A DNA stretch of 63,996 nucleotides, the filler included, from Basidiobolus ranarum (Eukaryota), in assembly GCA_040143965.1 (NCBI GenBank). It is 3 parts of 3 records of this genome, joined end to end, with 100 filler letters (N's around TTAATTAATTAA, not from the genome) between each part and the next. Parts side by side here need not be neighbours in the genome. Positions count along the whole stretch, not along the records: positions 21,486 to 42,850 come from JASJQH010000207.1; positions 42,951 to 63,996 come from JASJQH010000214.1; 1 more part is not named here. One strand, 5' to 3'. The notes beneath the pieces were generated by a model. That model saw only the letters and a list, made by a program, of their open reading frames with translations. It had not been told where the DNA came from and ran no database searches. Below are positions 39,761-52,185 of this stretch, piece after piece; within the stretch, counting starts at the first letter, position 1; every line of letters begins with the position of its first letter. Position numbers and translations under genes: made by a program.

Positions 39761-40805
39761 ATGAACCCTAAAGTATTCATGGATGTCGCCATTGCAGGTA
39801 AGCCTGCCGGTCGTATGATATTCAAGCTATTTTCCGATACTGTCCCCAAGACCGCCGAAAATTTCAGAGCCTTATGGTATTCGTTGATGTAAATAATGGA
39901 TACTTGTCCTTTTATTAATTTACTTGGATATTTAGCACTGGTGAAAAGGGAAAGGGTGTTTCTGGTGTCCCCCTTCACTTCAAGAACAGTGTTTTGTAAG
40001 TTTCTGTGACTAGAATTAATATGGATATCTGCGTGCGATTCTAAAGTTCATACTTTTTTGGTATAGCCATCGTGTCATTCCTGGCTTTATGGCCCAGGGT
40101 GGTGGTAAGTAACACACACATTTGTTATTGATAATTTTTTCTAATCAAGTATTATTAATTTACAAGATTTCACTCGCGGTGATGGACGCGGTGGTGAATC
40201 CATCTATGGCAATAAATTTGCTGAGTAAGTAAAAATATATCTTCATATAGGATGAATATATACGCTAAACGTATTTTTGATTATTAGTGAGAACTTCACA
40301 CTCAAGCACACTGGCAGAGTTAGTACATAATTGTCCACATCCTGTTGTCTATTTTGTGCTCTTGCTTATAGTTTTCATTACCAACTAGGGTATTTTAAGT
40401 ATGGCCAATGCCGGTAAAGTAAGTATCATAGTTCATTTGTCAGGAATTTTATAACCACACATTCTAATAAGATACTACTCCTTTTAGAATACCAACGGTA
40501 GTCAGTTCTTCATCTGTTTCCAAGAGACCCCTTGGCTCAACAACAACCACGTTGGTAAGTGTCTTTTCTGTTAGCATTTTCATGCAATATAAGTCTTAAT
40601 GTTTGTGATGTTAGTTTTTGGTCAATTAAGTGAAGGTGACGATATCTTGACCAAGATTGAAGCTGAAGGTTCCGGCACTGGCGCCGTTAAGGTACTTCTC
40701 TAATAATCATTTTTGTGAACTTAGAATATATAACCAATATATCCAAAATTGTATTCATTCTAGAATAAGATCGAAGTCACTGATTGCGGTGAGCTCAAGG
40801 AATAA
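39761..40805 (+). CDS. Cyclophilin-type peptidyl-prolyl isomerase, 9 short exons
   Basis: [74 protein letters not shown] and DCGEL. Confidence 0.95.
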
Positions 40806-41221
40806 TTTTGCAAAATTAATTGCACTTGTGACTTCATATATTTCAATAAATGTTATAAAATTATGACCTGAACATACTTTTTCTAAAGAACCCTAAATTT
40901 TGTGTGATTTTATGCTCAAACCTAAAGTTAGTAAAACTCTATTCATCAAAATCCCATTTGGTAGTAGTAGTAGCCTTAGTATGAAGGCCCCACAAGGGGG
41001 CTTGAACGGTGGGGACGATATGACCAATCAAGGTAGATTTGATTTGCAAAATGGCCTGGTGAGATCAAGAGGGAGTTGATGGCCAGCAGATGGGGAATTG
41101 GTGTATTTGGTCCAGTATCTCTATAAAAATTTCTACCCCATATTATAGTTACAAATCGACGCTTTAACCTTATCCCGTCGGTTTAATTCTCTAGTTTTCA
41201 CTTTCCCTCGGTTAGGTAAAA

Positions 41222-42850
41222 ATGCTTAGAAACACTCTTCTCCGTGTGGCTGCTCGTCAAACTCTTGCTCGTAGCGCCGCTTCTATCGTAAGAGTTTCCT
41301 ATTACTATTTACATTATGTTTATTGTTTTAGTGTTACAGATTCTTCCAACTTAATCTTTATTGGACTTTTCTTACCTTTATTCTTATGTATACAATTTAC
41401 TTACCGAGTCCAACTTATAGGCTCGTCATAATGTTGGTGCTCTTTCCATGACTGCCAGATTATTCTCTTCTAGCTCTATGATGACTGCTGGTGCTAAGCC
41501 TTGTAAGTCTTGTATAGAGACCCTCACGTATTTAGTATTAGATATTAATGCAATTATATTTTTGAAATAGCAACTTCGGAAGTTTCTTCCATTCTTGAAG
41601 AACGCATCTTAGGTTTATCCGACGCTGCCGATATCAATGAAACTGGTCGCGTCCTCTCCGTTGGTGATGGTATTGCTCGTGTATATGGTCTCCAGAACGT
41701 TCAAGCCGATGAGATGGTGGAGTTCTCTTCCGGTGTTCAGGGAATGGCTCTTAATTTAGAGCCCGATAACGTCGGTATCGTTATCTTTGGTAACGATCGT
41801 TTGATCAAGGAAGGTGATACCGTCAAGCGTACTGGTAACATTGTAGATGTTCCTACTGGCGAAGGTTTACTTGGACGTGTTGTTGATGCTTTAGGTAATC
41901 CCATTGATGGAAAGGGTCCTATTCCAGGAGCCATCCGCCAACGTGTCCAAGTTAAGGCACCCGGTATTATTCCTCGTCAATCTGTTCACGAGCCTATGCA
42001 AACTGGTATGAAGTCTATTGATTCTATGCTTCCCATCGGTCGTGGCCAACGTGAGTTGATTATTGGTGATCGTCAAACCGGTAAAACCGCTGTTGCTCTT
42101 GACACTATTCTTAATCAGAAGAAGTGGAATGACGGCAATGACGAAACTAAGAAGTTATATTGTGTCTATGTTGCCATTGGTCAAAAGAGATCTACTGTAG
42201 CTCAATTTGTCAAGACTCTTGAAGAAAATGATGCTATGAAATACTCAATTGTCGTCGCTGCCACTGCCTCTGAAGCCGCTCCACTCCAGTTCTTGGCTCC
42301 TTATTCTGGCTGTGCTATGGGTGAGTTTTTCCGTGACAATGGTAAACATGCTTTGATCGTCTTCGACGATTTGTCCAAGCAAGCCGTTGCTTATCGTCAA
42401 ATGTCTCTTTTGCTTCGTCGTCCTCCTGGTCGTGAGGCCTACCCTGGTGATGTTTTCTATCTCCATTCTAGACTTTTGGAACGTGCTGCTAAGATGAACA
42501 AGGACTTCGGATCTGGCTCCTTGACTGCTCTGCCTATCATTGAAACTCAAGGTGGTGATGTCTCCGCCTATATTCCCACTAACGTTATTTCCATTACCGA
42601 TGGACAAATTTTCTTGGAAGCTGAGTTGTTCTTCAAGGGTATCAGACCAGCCATTTATGTTGGTATTTCCGTCTCCCGTGTCGGTTCCGCTGCTCAAACC
42701 AAAGCTATGAAGCAAGTTGCTGGTTCTCTAAAACTTTTCTTGGCCCAATACCGTGAAGTCGCCGCCTTTGCCCAATTCGGTTCTGATTTAGATGCTTCCA
42801 CTCAATTGTTACTTAATCGTGGTGCTCGTTTGACTGAATTGTTGAAGCAA
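41222..42850 (+). CDS. ATP1: Mitochondrial F1 ATP synthase alpha subunit (nuclear, with presequence), 3' end cut by the gap
   Basis: Arg-rich presequence exons, [46 protein letters not shown] and [10 protein letters not shown]. Confidence 0.97.
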
Positions 42851-42950
42851 NNNNNNNNNNNNNNNNNNNNNNNNNNNNNNNNNNNNNNNNNNNNTTAATT
42901 AATTAANNNNNNNNNNNNNNNNNNNNNNNNNNNNNNNNNNNNNNNNNNNN
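42851..42950. other. Artificial contig spacer (44 N + TTAATTAATTAA + 44 N)
   Basis: Linker at 42895-42906 with the same design as the first spacer. Confidence 0.97.
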
Positions 42951-45900
42951 TCATGTTTCTTATTTTCATGAATGGTAACCCATCCTGCTCGGTCACGTGA
43001 ATCCCGCTTGCACCACCTAGAAAAATAGAGAATAATTAATGGATTGATTTACTGCGAATGTCGGTGATAGAATCGGTAGTAAAATGGCCCTTACAACTCT
43101 AGTAATCGTCCATCTCCCATGGGTGTGGGGTCTTTGGAGGTGGGTAGAATGGTTTCTATCATTTCGTATACCTCTGCTGGCTTGGGCTCCGTGTATTCTG
43201 AGTGGTGGATTAATCGATAATTCATGATTCATTTATAATTAATTGAATCCAAATATCTACCTTGTTCTATCCAATGACTCTTGGGTTTTTCAAAATCAAT
43301 TATAACATCGGCAGTTCTCTGATGTCGGATATCAAAACCATCTCCCTAGATTATTGGATTTTCTTTAGAAAGTGGATCTAAGAAAAATCACTTCATCAAG
43401 GTTGGTTTTACCTTTTTAAAGATAAGAAGAGTCTCCTTGGATCTTCGAAAGTACGATGATGGGTGATCAGTATGAGTGTTGTTGATTTTCTTCTTAAACC
43501 AAGCCAAGTTCTCTACATATCTACAGTCTAAGCCGATCCAACATGTATCTTAATAGTCTGTACACAATCAGTTATCATAATCGGAGTATCCACGCTACCT
43601 AATTTTAGCATTATATGTACGACATCAGGGGTGAGAATCTTATGAGTCCAAATAAATATGAGACCCATCGGTAGATATGTCAGTACTTTTTCTAGTAATG
43701 ATTCCTAGGTTGTTTAAACTGTTTAGAAACTCCAATTTGCAAAATACCGTTGATTTTGAAGTACCAATTGTTCAACTTGAAGGTAGCATTCAGATCTGAT
43801 ATCATCTGCCATCAGTAATTCCCACGGAGGGTCGATTAAAACGCCCTCGAAACCATCATCACTTGTGCGCTTTTCGAATATGTCGTCGAAATTCAAATTC
43901 AGTAGATCATTGGTTTCGATGTAGCTATAGATGGTTGGCTTTGTAAGTTACGTGGTTCAATGAGTGTGGAATATAATTCTTGCTATATACATACATGTTT
44001 CTTGTTGAAGTGAGTGGTGAAGCAGGTTGTTGGATTTCATTTGCTGGTGTTATCTTTTTGGCCCAAGTACTAGGAATATCGAAAGGGATTTTGTAGATCG
44101 GAGGCTCTGGACCTTCAACACGAGGACTTTTGACTCCCTACAATAGCAATAGATAATTAAGTGATTTGTTCAAGTAAATTAGATACTAACCTAGATACAT
44201 ACCTGCCAAAACGCAGAGAGGTCTCTTTGTAGAGGTTTTAGATTGTTCAACTTCGTCTTCACACTTGTTGTTGTAGGATGACTGACCCTGAGACTTGATT
44301 TAGCGTATGTCGGTTAATCTATAAAGAAGATAGCAGACTTCTTACCTATGGATAAGTTTTTGCACCGGTGTAAACTCAAGAATCTTACGGGCATGAGCTC
44401 TGTTGTCACGAAGGGTAAATTGCCTGAGAATAATGTAAGAGCAGTGTGTTGTAGCGAAATACCTTTTTACATGATCCATGTATTGCGACAAAGTAGAGGC
44501 TTTAGAGCTTTTGCTAAGTAAACTGGCTGTACTCGGCACACTGGGTACCAACTCTTTATACTTTTGCAAAAGTTTGCTCTCTGGCTGAACAGTTTTGTTC
44601 ACTGGCTTCGTTTTAATACCAGGGAAAATTTCGAATTCGTCATCCAAGTCTAGTTGTTTTGTCGAAAGTTTCGAAAGCATTGGATTGTGGTTCTTCGTTG
44701 GCTTTGGTGCTTCAGTTTGTGTGTGCTGCTGGACATTGCTGAAGAGAGCCTTGTTTTTTGGTTTGGTGGGCTTTTTGGTTAACGATACTTGACTAGATTG
44801 TTGTTTCGAGTCGATGATTCACAGTTAAAACCCTGCTAATAATAAAAAGGCCATAATAATATAGTATAGCATACCTGATGTCTCGGTTATGAAAATCCTT
44901 TAGCCACTGGTTTATGTTCTTCTCAACCTCTTGTACCTCGGGCATCTCCCACGCTACACTTAGGACTCCGTCAGCTGAACGTCCATCTTTTCGACCCTTA
45001 TCTATCATAGATAACTTGCCGTTGACAATGACATAAGATGGATCTTCTACCTTTCGTTGTTCGATCAATTTTCGATAATATGAGCTACATTGATATCCAG
45101 CCTAGTTGACAGGTAATGGTAGATGACAAATAAACATTAATACCGCGGTTCTTTCATTCACTTCAATCACTAATCAGGTACCTTGTGTGGAATCCCCATA
45201 CTAAAAATCCCCCAAGCCGAGCCAATGCGATAACCTTTCTCTTTAAAGTCTTTCAATCTAGCCATAAAATATTCATGATCTTTTTTGTTGAATCCTCCAT
45301 TTGCTTGAAGCTCCCCAGGATCTGTAAGATATACATTTGTAGTTAATACCGAAAACTCCTTGAACATACAACTGACTAAAATTCCAGACCTACAAATCGA
45401 TAGTAAAAGGCATCAGGGTTCACATGTCGATTCTCCCATGCATGAATACGAGCGCTAGACCACTTTTTCACTTGATCTTTGGTGAAAACGTTATCCCCTT
45501 TACGTAAGGACCCTGGGACGTAAGGGAGTTTGCTTGAAAGGTTTTCTACAACGGTTTCATTATTTTCTGTAGGAGGGTCCTTTTCTACCGTTTCTAAAGT
45601 ACGCTTATCATTTAACTGGGTGGTTTCAGTATCAATAGTACGCTTTTCTTCCGATATAGCCTCGTAGTTTGTGGCTGCTATATAATATTTATGAGAATGT
45701 CAATGTTCATATCTAGGAATAATTTATACTTACAAATTTTGGTAGATTCTATCTTGGTATTCATTTCAGAAATTACTACTTCAGCAGCTTGCGACATGAG
45801 GCCGACCTCATCATTGTCAGATAGTGACTGTCGCTTTAACCACTTTGTTTCACTGGATATCTTCTTTTGTGATATATTCGTATCGACTGTTTCCGTGAAT

Positions 45901-46333
45901 GGAGGAACAGAGGTCAAAGATTCATTTTGAGAAAAGCTATCTATCATATTTTCGGATATTGGTGAAGAGGCAAAGAATGACTGTGATTCACTATCTGTCA
46001 AAGAATTGAGTGTTGATACATCTTTGAGATTCCTTTCTACGCCCATAAAAATATCGTTTTCTGTAAACTGAATTCTTTATATTAATGATAACTATACTAA
46101 TTGAGAAATCAGTTGCTTAAAAAATCCCAAACTTGACTTACTTGGAGGCTTTCGTCGTTTGCTGTAGAACCAGACGCTACTCCAAGATTCTCACACTTGT
46201 CAGTTGATTCGCGGCTTCGTTTAAGAGATAAACATAATTTTCGTCTTTTGGTCTTGGGACTATCGAAGGGTATTCTTTCAACGAGTTTCCCCTTTCCTTT
46301 AAAGCTATCTTGAAGTGAGAACTGCCCTGACAT
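42951..46333 (-). CDS. Large protein with a p1-like homeobox/Myb HTH domain and a C-terminal MT-A70 adenine methyltransferase domain (MTA9/AMT6/7-like); stop lies in the gap
   Basis: About 13 GT-AG exons join in frame. Middle: WSSARIHAWENRHVNPDAFYYRFVDPGE...WGIFSMGIPHKAGYQCSSYYRKLI. C-terminal: FEGVLIDPPW, GLIFIW, YVENLAWFK, SKETLLIFKK, RHQRTADVIID, KPAEVYEMIETILP, LLELW...GW. Confidence 0.8.
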
Positions 46334-46767
46334 AAGAGTATCTCACTGGAGCTCTACAGTTGTTTATCTATCGTTCAGGTCTATCTCATATAGATTGAAA
46401 TGATTGTTTATTATTTCAAAACTTTATAACTATTGGCTAATTCATTACCTAAAGTATTTATCTGTTCTTGAGTTTTTAAACTAGTCCTATTTAAGTGGCG
46501 ACGCAGTAACCAAAAAAATGAGCACAATATGTCAAAAGTTAGTTGTTATTTAATTTTGAGAATATGAAACTAAACAATATCACGTGACTGACACCTTCAA
46601 CTAGCATATATGATCCCAAATCAGTTGGTTGTTTACGATTCAAAGTCGATTTAACACTTGAATAGTGTGCTTAAATATATTGGATAAAAATTTAGAAAAT
46701 CGAAATTGAAATGTCAAGACAAGCTTAGAGTTTATTATTTTAGAACGCTCTTCGGATACACATTCTA

Positions 46768-48898
46768 ATGAACCAGTCACAAGTAATCTCGTCCATTTAG
46801 TAAGAACATTCACATAAAGTATCAACTAAAGTTTTATTAAACTTTATAGAAAGTAAACCCAAAGAATTGGAAACTTGATCCGGAACATGAGTTTAGATTC
46901 GAAGTAGATTACAAGGAAAAGATAACAATAAAGGTAAGTATTTATTATACTTTCCCGTGAATTCGCCTTTTACCTTTGCTTGTTGAACCAATATTCTTTG
47001 AGTATCTATTGACTCGCGGCATGTCATTTGAAAGACAGCTCAAAAGAATAAACTTGAGTTTCTTAATATTTTGGTTGAAGTCTTTTACCTGGGTGTATTG
47101 GCTCATTTTTGCTTATGTTAATTTTCACTTTAGCTAACGTCTGGTACAGCTGAGATATTTGGTACGGAACTCATAGTTGGTCGAGAATACGAATTTTCTG
47201 GAAAAAAATTGGCTCTATTCACTTGGCATGGTTGTACCTTTGAAATATCCTTTTCGTAAAATATACTTTAGTTTGGAATTTCCACTTTTAATATTACTTT
47301 ACTATTGATCCTTAACCTTGAGTACTTGGTTGGAAAATGTTCTGTCGAGTATGTAGCAAACGAAACACCCATGATCAATTATCTGAATACACATCTTGCT
47401 TTGGAAAACCTTCGCGAACGAGCTGAGGCCACCAACTCTGATGGACCAAGGGTAAATTGATATTCTTTGTACTTATTTGAATTGTCTCAACACTATGCAT
47501 AAATGCTAATACTTCTATGGTTTTACAGATTATGATTATTGGTCCTACTGATGCTGGAAAAACTTCTCTAGCTAGAATACTTCTAAATTACGCTTTAAAG
47601 CGAGGAAGGGAATCAATTTATGTTGATATTGATCCTGAAGAGGTATATATACATACATATATATTTCAAAGTGTATGTATTCTATAGGTGCAGTTTCATT
47701 CATTCAGAGATTTTTATTATCAGGGCTCTATCACAATGCCCGGTACAATTTCTGCCACATCTATTAACCAAATGATCGACGCGGAGGAAGGGTTTGGATA
47801 CTCAGCAACGAACGTACCTGGAATGGGAACCTTTACCATGCCTCTAGTTTATTACTATGGATATTCCAATCCAGCAGAGAATCCCAAATTATACAACCTT
47901 CTAGTAAATCAATTAGCAGATACTGTCAAGGCACGAATCAAGGAAGATAGTGACGGTAAGTGGAGTGAATTCTACCTCATCGTCTTGACATGCATTTAAC
48001 ATGGACATTTTAATGGGAATATCAGCAAGAGCATCAGGAATCATCATCGACACTAATGGTCTTATAAACAACGTTGGCCATGATGTTATTCAGAATGCAA
48101 TCAACGCATTTTCAGGTATTTACCACTTTCATGCCATGACTGCCATATGATTGGGGTGATTTGTACTTACAATACTCCCAATCAGTTAACGTGCTCTTGG
48201 TTGTTGGTCAAGAGAGATTGTACAGTGAGATGGTAAGAGCAAATGCAAACAATTCCAATATGACAATATTGAAACTATCGAAGTCTGGCGGGGTAAGAGT
48301 TCTTTCAAGTTACATGTCCATTAGATCTCTTCGCTAAGACTCATCCACCAAAGGTTGTTAATCGGGATGTAGCATTTCGAAGACTAGACCAGATGGAAAA
48401 GATCCGGGAATACTTTTATGGAACTGCGAAAATGGAGCTGTCACCTTACTCCACACTTGTCAACTTCGAGGATATAACTATATACCGTGTTGGTGAAGGT
48501 ATATTACAACAGCAACCTTTTAATAGAGCCGATACTCAATCATTTCTTAGATTCACTTGCTCCTTCCTCGGCCCTACCCATCGGTATCGATCGAAAAGTC
48601 AGTGAAACACAACTTGTGAGTGTTAAAGCCGGTGATATCTTGTTCCATTCGATTTTAGCAGTAATCAACTCAGAGTCATCGAATGAATCGGATTTACTTC
48701 GTAGCAATATCGCTGGATTCATTTACATGTAAGTCTTTGGAATATCCATGATGTCTGTCAATCACACCCTACTAAATCTTACATCTCAGTTCGGAAGTTG
48801 AGGACGCCAAATCCAAAATGACAATACTCTCACCTTGCCCTGGAAAGCTCCCCAAGAACAATCTCTTAATGGGAAATTTCAAATGGGTAGAGACATGA
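46768..48898 (+). CDS. CLP1: Polynucleotide 5'-hydroxyl kinase Clp1 (cleavage factor subunit), multi-exon
   Basis: [57 protein letters not shown] and IREYFYG. Confidence 0.95.
47245..47325 (+). other. U12-type AT-AC intron in CLP1
   Basis: 5' ATATCCTTTT, branch TCCTTAAC at 47309-47316, 3' AC. Splicing gives [24 protein letters not shown]. Confidence 0.93.
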
Positions 48899-49182
48899 TC
48901 TACCAGGTCTTTGGACTTGCATTCCCTTCCTTCTCCTTTCCCATTGCTTGTGTATCAGATTCATTGAAGCAACACTAGCACCAAAAGCCACTGATAGATA
49001 TTTAAAAAATAAATGGGAAATCCCGAGATAGATTAATTGGTTCACTGCGATTTGAATTTCTTTTATTGAATCATAGATCAACACCTAATATCTTCCAAAT
49101 TGACCGGAATTTTTTGCTTCAATTTGTTCCTTAAGGCATTCATTTGTTGTTATTTTACTTTATTTTTTAAACATAGCTAACG

Positions 49183-49793
49183 ATGTCTGACAGAGTAAAT
49201 CTTAAAGATCATTTACCATTACAAGAAAAGTACCCCCATTAACCTTTCTATTTGATGTACCTTAATAGGGACGTGGACGTGGTAATGATAGAGGTGGCCG
49301 TGGAGGCCGTGGTGGAAATTCTAACCGTGGAAATCGCGGCGGTTCTGGCTCTTTTGAACAAAAACCTAAGAAGGAGTCTATCCTAGATTTAGGAAAGTAT
49401 ATGGATAAACAGATCCGAGTTAAGTTTAGTGGAGGTAGAGAAGGTTGGTATTTATTTATTTTTCGAAAGGATTTCACCTTGACTATTTGATTAAAGTACA
49501 AGGAATAACTCCATTTTCATTTCTAATAGTGATAGGTTCTTTGAAGGGATATGATCCACTTTTAAATTTGGTCTTAGACGAAACAAAAGAATGTATTAGA
49601 GGTAAAAGTTAAAAAAGTTATAAAACCTAGGAATCTTTCCCTCCCTAATCTCTTATCCTATATAGATCCTGAGAATCCTAATCGTCTTTTAGACCAAACT
49701 CGAAACCTTGGCTTGATCGTTTGCCGAGGTCCTTCAGTAGTATTGATTTCTCCCCTCGATGGCTCAGAAGAAATCGCCAACCCTTTTATCTAA
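49183..49793 (+). CDS. LSM7: Sm-like protein Lsm7 with RGG-rich N-terminus, 4 exons
   Basis: KPKKESILDLGKYMDKQIRVKFSGGRE|VIGSLKGYDPLLNLVLD...LGLIVCRG...SPLDGSEEIANPF. Confidence 0.95.
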
Positions 49794-50023
49794 AATCCAC
49801 AGTCTTATGTTCATCATGTACAATAACTAACTAGGATGTTTGGTAAATAAATTACGACTTTTAATTCGTATCGTATATTATCTATTGTTAGTCCACTCAT
49901 CTAATGAACACATTGGATGGGAGAAGTGGAAATAAGGTTTTCACTTGAAGTTAAGTCGAATAATATATATATGTATGAACGGTTTAACATAGTTTATCTT
50001 CAGATATTGGCGGAGAGTAAGAA

Positions 50024-51217
50024 TCAGGGATATTCTTTTCTATCTGTCTTCACATCCCAATTCGTGTTATGACTACTTACACTAAACTCTAAATCTTCTT
50101 TGGTGATAGAATCCCAATATTTGTAAATCATCATTACTGAGAATAATGAACATAAGACTCCGAAAAAGATCCCATCGATATAGTGGTTTGTATAGGCACA
50201 TATCTGACCAGAGAAGAGGTAAAGTGCTGCTTGACCAATCATGAAAAATCCCATTGAAAATAAGATATCCCCTACATGATTAAAAGCACCCATTAGAGCT
50301 CATGATACATTATGGGTAAGCTGCTGTCAGATACCTAGCGGCCAACGATCGTCCAATTTTTTGAAAATGAGAATTATCTGAAGAATGAAATAGATTAGAA
50401 TGGCGGCACCATTGAATACAAAATACATCATCCATAGTGGGAAGCTCATCGTAGGAGATAGAAAGCTGCTAATCGATTCAGAAGTTCCTATGGAGATGAA
50501 ATATGCTACCCCGAATACTGTGAGAGAGGTCAAACGCATAGTCTGAAAACAAACGTAAGTTATCAATCCATCGAATGTCCTTTGCAATGTGTTGGATTAC
50601 CCATAGGGAGAGCGAGGTGTTATCTTCCATAAATTGAAAACCAACAAATCCGTTCAAAAAGAGTGACCAGATTGAGGTACATACTAGACCAACATGTCCA
50701 GCTACAAGCCACTAGAATAGATGGAGGTAAGTGAAAAGTTATTTACTAGACAATTAGCAACATACAGGGTATACAGCCACGGCTGGTGAGATGATTCCCG
50801 AGACAAGTAGCATCTCTAACACCATAGTTAACATGTACAAATAAAAGAATATTGCCATCTCCTTACGCCCTAGATTGTTTCCACAAACAGTTAGTTTTGG
50901 AAAGATACTCAGAGTGCGTGTAATACTTGCCTACAGCGGTATACTTCATATTGATGTGATAGACGATTATCACACACATCACTATTGCCGCTAGGTAAAC
51001 TATCATGGCCGCTATATAGTTTGCACGTTAAATTTTAATGTGGAAGATATAAATGCTACGAACTACGTCTCCTACCAAATTCGAAGAATATTGCTCCTCC
51101 CAGCACGAAATTGCGTGAGTAGCATTGTGGTTCGATACCATTCCCTTTCATCCCAAGCAAGGGGCAAATGGTCAAGGGGACCTTGCGACATATCTCAGGG
51201 AAACTCAGAAACTTCAT
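50024..51217 (-). CDS. CHS7: Chitin synthase export chaperone Chs7, multi-exon
   Basis: MKFLSFPEICRKVPLTICPLLG...IEPQCYSRN, KYTAVGRKEM, NGFVGFQFMED, LDDRWPLGD, HYIDG and VMMIYKYWDSITKEDLEFSV. Confidence 0.93.
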
Positions 51218-52185
51218 GTCGGTCTATGAGAATTATATGTGTATTTTGGAAGGTTAAATTTAAGTTACGGAAATGTTAGAGAAGTTAAAGGTTGTATGGG
51301 GCACTCTTTGGTATCTTTACGAGATGAAAGATGAAGCAAGAGTGCAACAAGCCAAATTCGAATTTTCGAACGAGAGAATTATAACTCTTTGATCTGTATG
51401 CTACAAAACTGCATCTGTAATCCAGAACGAGAGCTGTACTTATCGCATGATACCCTTTTGAACAAGACTGCACGGAATACGCGGATTTAGACTGCATTTC
51501 ATTTCCTGTCTCTGCAGTTACAAAACGATATTTGTTAACTGACAAGTGCTCAGAAATATTAGTTATAACGAGGATGTTTATTTGGTTGATCGGATTTGAA
51601 TCTTGTACATTATTAATATTATAAAGGCTATCTAGTGCTCCAAGCCAAAAGAGAGATCCAAGCAGATAAAAATAACGCATCTGACTGTTGGATTGTAGCC
51701 AACACAAGCTATGCTCAATTGATTACTCTGTACCCCAAGTGATTTGCCACGAGCATCAAAGCTTCCGCGTGTTGACCGCGTAGAAGAGTAAACTCAGGGG
51801 GAATAGTGGAAATTGATCAAAAGCGGCCGAGAGATTGATTTCTCGGTTACTCTCTTGCTAGATCGAATGGAGTTGATTGCGTGAACTTCATTCCTCAATG
51901 TATACTTTAGCTCAAACGCGGATTGCAACGTCGCTTCCAAAAAATCCTTTGTCCACTTCTCCCACTTTATTTTCATCTATTTCCCAGCAGTTCAGCCGGA
52001 AATTCAAGCACAACCATCAATTACTTTTGGATATATCATTGGCACTTACCACCTATTTTCTTCTAAATAATCCGATCTCTGCTGATTGCGGTTCACCCAT
52101 ACTCTCTGGTGGAACAACTCATCGTACACGCTTACATCTTGGATATAACATACCAAGCTTCAGGGATTTTTGTAATCGTTATTTC

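Noticed and set aside
51285-51707. 140-aa minus-strand ORF between CHS7 and the chitin synthase
   Set aside because: Non-ATG start in the ORF track, no motifs, and CHS7 has its own family-typical start at 51217.
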